Of a stretch of 64,000 bases of DNA, positions 50,591 through 61,460 are shown in pieces. Below the pieces are notes generated by a model, which searched no databases, was not told where the DNA came from, and was given only the letters and a program-made list of their open reading frames with translations. The stretch lies in NCBI GenBank assembly GCA_010909165.1, contig MU008170.1, positions 806,001 to 870,000 of the forward strand, given 5' to 3'. The position numbers were made by a program, and so were the translations under genes. How positions within the stretch are numbered: position 1 is the first letter of the stretch; each line of letters begins with the position of its first letter. The stretch is from Anthoceros angustus (lineage: Eukaryota > Plantae > Anthocerotophyta).

Positions 50591-53500
50591 TGTGACGATG
50601 GCACACAATCCGTGTCGTTGTAGGAAGAAGTCCGTTCCCAAGGGAATGATAGGCTGCCGTACGCGTGATTCTACCGTCCTTAGCGCCTGCTTCCAACACA
50701 CACACATACTCCTAACTACTCAACGTTCACCGTGTGCCGGATGGTAAAGCGACCCGTCCGTCCGTATCGTCACATACATCCTCACGCATCCCCTTTCCTC
50801 TCTCCTCACACGCTACACTCGTCTTAGAAAAGACGCGGGTTACGCGGACCTCCTCCGTCGTTCACGGGCCTCCGTCCGGGCTCTACACGCCTCCCGAGTT
50901 CCTCGGCCACACGCCCGTTCGTCGGCTCGGGCCGCGCCCGGACGAGCACGGGTCATCACCACCCTTCCCCGACACACCACAACGCGTTAGTCCGTCACGG
51001 GACCTTGATCAATCTCCCGAGCCGCTCGTGCTCGACTCAGACTCACGCAAGAAGACTCACAAAGGTCCGCAAGAACGCGGCATCAACACCAAGAGAAAGA
51101 TGCTTTACTAGAGCTTTCTGCGCCCAAGGCGGCGTCTTTATTACACCCCTATTACGATAGCCATATACCCTAATCGCCGCCTACCATCCTATTTCCTCCC
51201 TATCTCCTTCGCATGGGAAGGTCCGGGCCCCGGAATGGGTGGTCCAATCCCGTCCCCGACAGCTTGTGGCGCACAATCGGATGATCCGTGAGGCGGGCCC
51301 TCCTCTCCCGGAATCCTGCCGTTACACGGCGGTCGACAACCGCCGACCACGACGTCATCCTCCTCGGCCTCCTCGGGTCCTGGGGCCACCACCTATTCCG
51401 TAGCGAAGAGGGGCTCCTCATCGCTGCAGCCCCTCGAGGTCTGCCTCGACTCCCCGAACTTCGTGGAGTCCCCGAGTCCGTCCAGGTCCGACCGGGTCCT
51501 CGGACTGGTCCGGACCTCGTGGTCCGGACTTATTACCGGGTCCGGACTTGTGGTCCGCCTCTCCGGGTCCGGACAAAGTCCGGACTCACGCCCACCCGGT
51601 TTCCTCCCTCACGGACTCCGTGGCTCTCCTCAAGTCCTCCGCTCCCGATCGCCCGGTGACTCCTTCGTGGCCCTCCTTCCATGGTGAGGTGCGGGTGCTT
51701 ACCTCGCGATCCGCCGCCTCCCTCGTTGCCTCCTCCGCTCCTCTCCCGCCTCATTCATCTCAAACAGGCCACTAGGGTCTGGCCGCCCCTGGCCTTCATC
51801 TCCTTCTCGAGCCTTCCAGGGTCCGTCCGTGCGTGGCGCCGAGAGGCTTCTCGCCGTGAGCGTAATAGGCAAAGTCCGAATCGACTTGTTGAATTGCCTC
51901 TTCCACGTGTGCCCGAGCACCGATACTCCCTCCGCCATAAGTGTTCCGGAGCGGGCCGCCCGGCTTGTTGGCCACCTCTCCGCCAGATTTGTGAGCCGGT
52001 CAGATCACGCGAGGCTGGGGCGGCCTCGGTCACCTCCTGCACTGCTGTTGCTCCGCCTCAGCTCCGTTTCCTCTCCATTGCCATTACCATAGCGCAGCGC
52101 TTCCCTTCCGCCTTTCTCACCGGACTTCTTTTCTTCCGTGCTCGCGCTCCGCTCATTCTCGCGCCTTAGCTCCGACTCCCTCTCCAGCGGTACCTCGTCC
52201 GACCCCGGACTTCCTCCTTCTCAGAGCTCGGCAACGCCCAACTCCTTGGATAGTCGCCGATTTTCCTCCGTCTTGACGGAGCCGAGGCACTCTATTTCGT
52301 GCTCAAGTCGTGGATTCTCTCGTTGAGAATCACTGCCGCCCGACGCATCTTGGAGTTGTAGCTCAGGTGTCCTGCTGCCTCCATCTGCCGCCTCCTCTAC
52401 TCTGCACTGCATTCGGAGATCTCCTATCTCCCGAGTCGGCCTCCATCTCCTCCTCCTGCCTTGCTCGATAGCCTTTAGTTAGCTCGGTCACCTTTCCACC
52501 CGATCACGCCCAGTGATCCCGCCGCTTGCCGCGGCTCACTCCTTCGCCGCCTTTACTGGCCTCGCCCACTTGGCGCCGCTTAGCCGGCCGCCCGCCAGTC
52601 CCGAGCTCGCTTGTGCCCGGCCTCTTCCGCCTCCCCGCCCCCTCACCGCAAAGGTCCTCCCGCCTTGGGCCTGAGCTTCACTGTCAGACCTGAAGAACCT
52701 TGGCCCGGAACCGCCCGGCCTCTCGCCACCCGGCGTTCCCTTCCTCGATCCGAGCGAGGGACTCCGCCTTTTCCTTTGCCTCGGCCGCACTTGCTCTTGA
52801 GTTCCACCATCCTCCTCGGGTGGCCTCCACTTCGGGTCTTCTCACTGTACCACAGAGACCCCAAAGCATTCCGTCCATGTGAGTGACTCGTGTTTCTTCC
52901 ACGGCCCGGTGAGGCCCCACAAAGTCCGTAGTGAGCCGGCATTTCTCGGTCCGCCAAGGACCTCCATACCGCAGCCCCGAGTAAGTCCGACTGGGTTCTC
53001 GGACCTAATCAGGGACCCTCGGGTCCGAGTGGTGAGGTCCGAGTCTCACCCTCTTGGCCCTCTTGGCCTCTAACTCCTTTGTGCCCTCTTTCTCCTGGGC
53101 TGAGAGGAGGGGGGTCCGGAGCAAGCTCTTTTGCCCCGGGAGGGACTGGCTGGGTGGCTGCCGCTGACCTCCGCTCCTTGGGCCACGCCTTCGCCTCACC
53201 TCACCTGCAAGGGGTAAGGGCACTGCACCTTCCGAGGTGCGTAGCGGCACCGTCTTCCGCCTCGGCTCCCGCTGAGTTCGGGGCTCGCACCGCCGTGGTT
53301 GTTGGCGTCGCCGTGCCGAGCCGCCAACGCCTCCGCAGCCCTCTCCTCCGCCCCGAGGGGCACCAAAAGGAGGGAAGGGGAATCTCCCAAACTTCCTGGT
53401 GGTGAGGGGTTCGCTCACGTATGGAGTCCGGAATCCTCGCGTCCTCCTCCCGAGTCCGCTTGGTCTTGAAGGACGACCCCACCTCGGCGCCTTGCACGCC

Positions 53501-54724
53501 TACTGGGGGCCTCCACCCCTTCCGAGCGCCTCAAGCTCTCCTCCTTCAGAGCTCAAATGTCCCCATACAATCGTGTATGGGGTCGCCCGATGGCGAGGGC
53601 TTCTCGCTCCTTAGCTGTGCTCCCGATCGAACCAGGCGAAGATAATCCTTCCGCCTTCTTCCTCACTGAGCGCATGCGAGAATACAACAGTTATCACCAA
53701 GGTGATCCACCTTGGTGAGGTTCCAATGGACAATGATCCGGCTACCGCCCTTACTCGACCGTCGCCAGATCGGATATCAACCATCCGTTGGTTGTCCGCG
53801 TTCCAGCCTCAAGACGCCACTGTGGCCCTATCTTCCCTTCGCCTTAAGGGGCTCGCACCACGCCCCTTCTTCCTCCTTGGTTGTAGGCCATCCTCGGGAC
53901 CTCCAAGGTCCATCGCCTGGTCCTCCGGAGGTTCTTGGATCGGACCTCCTTGTTGATCGCCAACATCTTCCGGGCAAACTCCGGACTAGCCGGTGTCCAG
54001 ACCATTTGGAACATCCAGATGCCACCCGCACCAATTCCCCGCTTCCTCCGGCCGGGCCAAGTCCGGATAGCGCCGGTCACAATGTTGCGCTCCACGAGGG
54101 TCCATGGCTCCTGACTCCGCCGCTTTTGGGTGCCATTGCTTCTCCTCCTCTGGGCCGCCGAGTCCGGCACGATGTTCCTCCTTCGCTGCCGCTCCAACCT
54201 TGACGGTGCGCCTTTGTCGACGCCCAAAAGATAGCGCCAGAGAGCCGGATTGGAGCGCAAGGGCTGTGAGGATTGCTCTGAGGCGTGAATGACCTCCCTC
54301 CTTGGCCGGCTGGGAAAGGCGCCTGTCCAGAATCGCTGGGGTCGCATGGCTTACTCGACCCTACGCCTGCTCGCCTTACGGCCGCGGCACCGCTATAACG
54401 GCCTCGCAAGGTTACTTCACCTCATGCATGCCCGACCTCCACTGTGGGCCCACGTGGCGCCGCCTGCATCCTCACGCCCGCTCCTAGGTTACTTTCGCAT
54501 TTCTTATCCTTTTGACTGGAGTGGGTTCCGGACTTATCCGTTACTCGTAGTCCGAGCTTGCCATAGTGGTAGGGGTCCGTTGTTCACTCCAGTCCGGAGT
54601 ATACTCCGAGCCTCGTCCAAGCGCTACCCCAATTTATTCCTCCTTTTCCGCCTTTATTTATCCTTCAATCCTAAAAACAAACCCTACTTATTTCCTTAAC
54701 TCCCCGTGAAGTGCATAGCCCACA
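50591..54724 (-). repeat. 5' LTR (~4.13 kb)
   Basis: TG...CA termini on both ends; colinear with 39522-43653. Confidence 0.92.
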
Positions 54725-54789
54725 CCCACAAGATGTTTCGAAGTTAGTTTAAAACCATAGTATACTATAACGGTGACAAATGCCTTTTG

Positions 54790-56290
54790 GATGTTTGGAG
54801 GTCTTTTGCACTTCCCTCGCTTTTCAGTGGCTCTCTCATTTCACTCCTCAAAATACTCCCAACATATTTGCCCTCGTAAGCATCGGTGTGGTCCGCTCGC
54901 CACTGCACAAGTATATAGGGTTGGTTGCGAGATGGACATTAACAACCTTCGCTACCTGCTATGTGTGTCGCCTTCACACGGCGTCACAATGAACATTCCT
55001 TTCTATCTCTGATATTGCCATTCATCCTCTCCATTTCCTCCTCCGGCTCGATACTTTGATAGGCCCCAGTACCCTTTGTGGTATTTCGCACAACAAAGCC
55101 TCATCAAATACTGCTTCTTCCGGTATCTGCATTGGAGGAACGTGTGCCTCATCCGCTGCCCTGTCGTACATCTCCAGGGGTTATGCAGGACAAGTCCAAT
55201 GTTATGGTCTACTATATTTGCGATTTTAACTTGATCATTCCAGAAATCCGTCCACCATTCTTCCTCCGCAGTAGTCAAATAAGTTGGTAGCTTTATCAAT
55301 CCTTTCTTCAAGTGATCCACGCCTTCACGTGCGGTAAGACCGCCCTCACTGCCCTTTCGCCCGCAGTGCCATCAAGGGAGTCGGGACGACGTCGAACATG
55401 AGACAAAACTCCAGCCCATCTTCTGATTCCCACAATGGCGAGGTAGAGTAACGCTTACTTGAATGACAAGCATTTTCCGCGGCCGACTTTGTCTTCCGTG
55501 TGATTTTGAACGGTGTTGAAATGATAGGTTGTTCAACTTCCGCACCGCTGTATTTCCGTCAATCCTCGCTCCTATAGGCCACACGAATGACCTAAGTCGG
55601 CAACCTCACAACAGCTTACCTCTGGATTTGGCGTGAATGACTCCTCAAAATTTCTTGCATTGTAGGTAAGGACCGCCTCTTTATGCTTTAAATGCTTGGA
55701 GAAACAAGAGAACATTTGATCTACTCGGTCGGTGTATGCCCGACAAGAAGGAAACCAACCTTCACTTTCTCAAACGTCCCGAGTTCCACAAGCATGTTCA
55801 AATACGCAAATAAAAGCTGGTTCTTGTTCTCCCTACATGTGTTGTCCAATCAGATATAACACCTTGGGAAGTAATCCTGCATAGGTATGTATAACATCTG
55901 GATAATGGTTATTGTCGAGTTTGCATCATTGCTAAATTTGCATAATCGAGATAGGCGAATGTGTAGTTATGTATCATGCATGACCACATGTCGTGATTCG
56001 ACTCTCCTCTTTCAAGTCCTTGGGCCACCTCAAAATATGTGGGAGTGAAGTTTTCTTGGTCCATACCATCGATTGATAACAACATATATTTATGAGGCTC
56101 CTTGTAAGATTTTGAGCGATGCTTGGTCAACTTCTTCCTTTCCTCCATCAATCGTATCGATGCTTGTTCGGCCTCTTGGTACAAGGCATTCGCATCACAA
56201 CAATACGGTCGAGATATGGCCAACCATGAAATATACCAAAAGAAGCTATCCGATGATTGGACCAATCGAATGTTATATGCCATCACGCTT
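54790..56290 (-). mobile_element. Sola1-like (DUF7869-type) DDD transposase, frameshifted as assembled
   Basis: Across frames: ERKKLTKHRSKSYKEPHKYMLLSIDGMDQ.KTSLPH, NDANSTITI, PKVLYL.LDNTCRENKNQLLFAYLNMLVELGTFEKVKVGFLLVGHT.DRVDQMFS. This gives the D..DN..ENKN..GHT...D pattern. The superfamily is assigned from motif recall, not a search. Confidence 0.8.
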
Positions 56291-56639
56291 GCACAAAATC
56301 AAATTGTAAATGACATTGAATAGAGATCAATAGCGTGGCATATATACTAAACATGGCGGCGGCAACGTTCATGCGTAGTCGCATGCCGGCACTTATGCGG
56401 CTTGCTTTTCCGCGCTGGCACCATACCACATGGGAGACGGCGTCACGGAATGTGCCGGCGGTGACAAAATCAGCCGACGGGCATTGCGTGCTTTAAGCGG
56501 CATGCTTGATGTACGCGTGGGCGGCATGCTGCCCATGCGCCTCTTCATGCAGGGGCGGCATGCGGCGCCTGCCACCAGGACATTGTGGGGCCCGGCGTGG
56601 CGGCGCCGCCTTACTTTAGAGCCGCCGCTAAGAATGTGA

Positions 56640-57900
56640 GCGCCAGCATGCCATCGCCCTTGCTTGTGGCGCTCTAGTATCCGCATAGGATGGGAAAGCG
56701 CGAGTTGAAGCATGCCTTGTAGATGCATGGGATGCGCGGCGCCCTCGTGCAATCCTCATGCGGAAGGATGGACTCCATTTCTCCATAGCGGAGCGGGCCG
56801 ATGTGGAGTATGCCTGCGCATGCGCACTCGGAGTTGGGACCATGCAAGATTGGAATGGAGCAAAAGGACTACGGTTTGATATGCATACTTCTCCGGCTGT
56901 GCCATTTCGCGGTTAGATACCAAAGTCCAACATCTCAACTTGTTCATCTTTGATTGAAGTGCCTATTTCAACATTCAATGACCAAGGACCCCCTCACTCA
57001 GGATTGGTTTTTTGGTATGTTGAAACGCTTGAGCAAAAAGATGGAGTTTGTGAGGACGCATCCTTTGCATTGAATCTTGAGATGTCTCTGTCCCATGGGC
57101 ACGCAGAACATGGCGCGTGATGTCTTATTACATTGGAAAGCCGGCATCGCTCTCCATGCTAAAGCATGGGAGGGCATCGAGGCACCCTGCCTTGGGGATA
57201 GCATCTCATGCCTCTACTCCCACACTTACTGCCCTATGCGCCTCTTCAAGGCCTTTAAGCGATTGCATTGGAACTGTCCCATGAGGTGAGTATAAACCTT
57301 GTCTCTTGTTTTGGCACAGAAATTAGGGCGCAAGAGGCTGAAAGGTCTCCCTCCGGCCGCCCCATCCTCAAGAACTGCTGTTGCTCTTGGAAAGCTTCTT
57401 TCGTAAACTTGGGGATGCATAGTTTGTTGCAACAAGGCTTGGAAATCTTCACCGCAGATCTCCTCGCTCTTCTTAATGAAAGCCTGCCGCCAACGAACAC
57501 AAAACCCGCATCATGCTAGGTTGTAATGTCTCAAATAGGCTTGGGATGGTATGTGATGGCATTGCCACCACTCCAGCCTCGTAATTCGTGGAGGTGTCTC
57601 AAATACATCCCGTCCTCTCCATTGGGAGCTCCCCCATGTCCACCACCACGGGTTGAACAATCCCGCCGCGGCGCGACTCTGCTTCCTTCTTGTCTACGGC
57701 GATCCTCCTCGCACGGACTTTTTGCATGGTGAGTACATGTTCAAGTTCCTTGAAGTTGAAATTACATCTTGGGGCATCTGGGAATCTTTGGTGAGTCCTT
57801 CGCCACCAGGACTGCACCAAGCACAACATAGCATTACGGACGAACACATGACACCACATTGACCGACAAATTAGCAAAGAACTTCGCAAAGATGTGACAA
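56640..57900 (-). other. Cys-rich coding-like exons (possible transposase N-terminus or separate ORF)
   Basis: KPCCNKLCIPKFTKEAF and ECACAGILHIGPLRYGEMESILPHEDC; frames are broken and no family is recognised. Confidence 0.4.
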
Positions 57901-58439
57901 CAATGAATGCGAATCCCTACTGTGGTCATGGAAGGAAGATGAAACAGCCCGCCCCATTCCGGTCGTGGGTGCCACCAGGTTTGCCTCTCTTTCCGAAAAG
58001 TGAATCAAGTACTCTCATGAACTCGGAAGCATCATCTCCTTCCCGCACTTCATCTAACAGGACTCAACATGTTCGGTGAATGCCAATTGAGCGCAAGCTA
58101 GGCGAGATAATGCACGGTGAACAAAAAGCATTACCTCGGCCGTGCGCGTGGCCTGCAAAGATGGTTGCGATGTTGTAGCCGGAAGGTCGCCACGGCCCAA
58201 TCGTCCTCCACAGACTCCAATGAGCTTCGGCTCTTTGTTCATCCCGTCCTCAAAAGAGTCGGAAGGTCATTAAAATAGGAAATGAGTGATTGGAGAATCC
58301 TACACAGATACGCTACAGCCAATGTGCTCTTGGAACTAATGACGGCCAAAAGCTATGCCGCATGGTACGTTAGGACCGCTTCATTTATTCAAAACGACTA
58401 CCGGATCATGACTCGCGTGATGAACGCGGTTTCTTAAGG

Positions 58440-60330
58440 TCAGTTCCCAATTAGGGTTTAATGAGAGCCGCATTGCCCTCCCCGCCAAGCCCGAGTTACG
58501 AATACGCCGTGAGACAGCAGGCGTGTCATCGCGTGGAACATTTGGTGTTTGAGGCACAACGATGTGCGATCGAATTCTCGCGGAGGACGCCATCACCGCA
58601 AGCTCCCCAACGCTTTTCGGACGTGCTCATCGACGGAGAGGTGTCTTTCTTCCCAAAGCGTGGATTTTGGTCCTCAAGTTCTGGATTTTGATGATGCTTG
58701 TTGGCGCGGGACATGGCGGCGCTTGAAGCAAAAAGGACTGCGGACATTGGACCGCCACATGGTGCCCTCTTGGAAGCCCGGCGGAAGAAAGGAAGAAAGC
58801 AGAAGGATGCGAAGTTGCTGTAGAAGATCCACCTGATTGGTCTTGGCTCTGTGGGAGCCAATCACTGCGGAGGAGCATGTTGTTGGGGAGGCGGGAGAGG
58901 AGGAACAAAGGCGGGTCAGCGGTTGCAAAGGCAAGCACGACCAAGGCAACGGCGGTGTGGAGAAGCGTGGTATATCCGGGCGGCGCCGAGTTCAGACCCA
59001 AACCCATCCCCTACGTATGTGGAGGCAGTGCGGCTCGAGGCACACAAACCGGCTTGAGGACACGGTGCTTAGAGCAAGATTGGATTTGACACAAGAAGGC
59101 GGATGAAGACAATGTAGTGTGGACTCCCATCTCAAGCTATGGATTTTGGGTATGGATGCTGCAAACCAAAGAGCAAGAGCGGTGGGTTTGTGGGCAACTA
59201 TGGATGCAGCCAAGGAGATCACGAAGTCCACTTCTTTGCACATCACGGCCGTATGAATTTGAGGTACGCTCACGTGAGATGATTACATTGTCTTTGTGTT
59301 GAAACTAGCATGCTTGCACAGAAAGAAGTGTGAGCCAAAACAACTGTCTTATACTTTCCGGGAGGCTTTGCGAGGACAGAATGTAAGGATACATTTTCAT
59401 GTGGTTGCGAATGTTTGCGTGCCTGGTGACAGTAGCCACATTCTAATATCGTGGATGTTTGTTTTGCTCAGACTGCGAAATCTTTCTACAGATGTTTGTG
59501 TGAAGCCATCACGAACTCAATTGTGAGTCCTCGACGGGAAATGTCATTGCGGAGAACATGACAGGGACTTCCAGACTTTGCTTTGGATTTTGAGGATGAC
59601 GAGGTAGAGTTCGGACCTTCCGATGAGGAGGATGGGCCTATCCCCGAAATCCTCGGTCACTCTGATGTGGAGGCATCCGAAGAGGAGGAGGACCACGAGA
59701 AGGGCGAGGAGGAGAGGGGAAAGTATTCAGGCCATGCTATATGTTACGAGCAAAGTGGGCGGAGGGAGGCGGATTACGGCCCTCCGGGGAGCATTCCCAA
59801 GGGCGTCGGCACCGGCACCATGGGCGGAGTCCCTATTCCCGCCAGATTTGACAATGAGTGAACCCCAAGCCTCCATCCCAAGAAAGGAAGAAAGGCGGGG
59901 ACGGACAATTTTCGCAGCAGATGAGTGCAGATGTTGGCGGGGTGGGCGCGCATGCCGGCGCCCGTGATGTCTTGATGGTGAGGTTGGGCGCGGCATGCGC
60001 CAACCTCGTCCCGTATTCTTGAGCGGGCGCCCGGCGCCCGTACTCAGGTTGATGAGGAGGCGGCCGCCCGTGAAAGTCCACGGTGATGAGGAGGCGCGGC
60101 ATGCCGCGCCCGTGAAGGTGCACCGGCCGATGAAGACGGCGCCGCATGCCGGCCGTGAAGGTGCACCGGTTGATGAAGAGGGCACCGCATGCCGGCGCCC
60201 GTGTGCACATGTGGATGAGGAGGGCGCCGGCATGCGGCCCGTGAAGGTGCACATGTCGATGATGAGGCGCGGCATGCCGGGCCCTTGTGGTCGATGAGGC
60301 GCCGGCATGCCGGCGCCGGAAGGCACTCCG
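58440..60330 (+). other. Unknown multi-exon gene with an acidic tract and a repetitive C-terminus
   Basis: Chain of plus-strand ORFs, a GT-AG intron at ~59385-59460, DFEDDEVEFGPSDEEDG, then ~14-aa PVKVHxxDEEGAGMPA-like repeats. Confidence 0.45.
59945..60320. repeat. ~36-42 bp GC-rich tandem repeat built on (G)CGGCATGCCGGCGCC
   Basis: About 8 copies, ending in the 20-bp perfect palindrome GGCGCCGGCATGCCGGCGCC at 60298-60317. Confidence 0.9.
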
Positions 60331-60349
60331 CGTTCTTATGAACAAGTGG

Positions 60350-61200
60350 CATCAGGGTTGAAGAGTGAGTAGGAATTCAACACAGTGTAGGTTAATGTTG
60401 AACTCAAAAGTCAAATCATCAATGGACTTCCAGGAGGGAGTGGCAAGGTTCCATAAATGCTTAAGAGCGTACAGACCCTGCATCCTGATATTTTTAATAT
60501 GTTGTGATCGTTTTATCCGAAGATGAGACCCGGGCTTCCACATCTGTTCAAACCGTGCAGAGGGAGGGCAAGTGCTTGGAAGAGTGTCTCATCGAAATAG
60601 GAATTATCTCCAACTCCTTTTCGATTACTTGGCATCATGAAAAACATGTCTAATTTGCCGCAATTTCTGTAATTCCATTGAACATATCTTTGCATTCGAG
60701 AATGCCTGGAAAATAACCCTTCAAAGTGGTAACCCACTTTCCTTTCAAACATGCCCCTCCTAACGGGCTACACAATTTATGCGGCCGCACCGTAACACAA
60801 GGCACCACGAAAGCAAACAAGGTCAGAAGGAGAACGAACGATCTCAATGCGGCAACCAAGAAACAAACATCAAATTAGATGCTTGCAACTGAAAGTCATC
60901 GACCAATGCCACCCAGCACAAAACCCCTAAAGCATGAAAGAGTGTGTCGGCATGCTTGCGCACTCTCACACCCATCCAGCCCAAAACTACGAAAGCACAA
61001 GAGAGCGTGCTGTTTAAAAAAGTACTCTCTTTTTAGCCCGTCTCTGGAAAGAGGATCTTGACACTTAACCATAGTAGACCTTAACACCATTATATTTGAA
61101 GCGGCTGAATATACAAACCCGCTTCCGCAGAAAAGGGACCAGTTTTCAAAAACACCCGGTGGGCACCAAATTCCCACATAGAGTTGTTTTCTGTTTTTGA
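60350..61200 (-). other. Unknown gene (ORF-X), frameshifted or spliced
   Basis: Consecutive minus-strand segments: VYSAASNIM, KGKWVTTLKGYFPGILECKDMFNG, SYFDETLFQALALP, LYALKHLWNLATPSWKSIDDLTFEF. Confidence 0.5.
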
Positions 61201-61460
61201 GTGATGGTTCATGATATCCCTACCCTAAGGCAGGTACGTATTCCACCGATAATGCTTCTTAGGTATGGTATGAATGCATCGGCATGCCGGCGCCTTGCGC
61301 CATTTCCATCGGAGCGTCTGTCATTCACGGTACATGATTGACTGAATAAAGGTATGATGCAATAAACTAATTATGTATGTAGTGAAAAAGGCGCCAACAT
61401 GCCGGCGTCTCCTGTAAACTTCCTTCACTCTAAGGAAACACAAAACCTAGCACAAATACC

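Larger units (their letters stand above)
39522..54724 (-). mobile_element. Full-length Ty3/gypsy LTR retrotransposon (non-chromovirus type), ~15.2 kb
   Basis: Two ~4.13-kb direct repeats, PBS, PPT and gag-PR-RT-RH-INT order; no chromodomain after the GPY motif. Confidence 0.95.

Noticed and set aside
39517-54729. Target-site duplication of the gypsy element
   Set aside because: The flanks read GCGAC and CCCAC (3/5 match) and the left LTR end is degenerate, so no TSD can be claimed.
59727-60352. Long minus-strand ORFs across the GC-rich repeat
   Set aside because: Stop-free shadow frames of a palindromic tandem repeat; the plus strand fits better with the upstream acidic exon.
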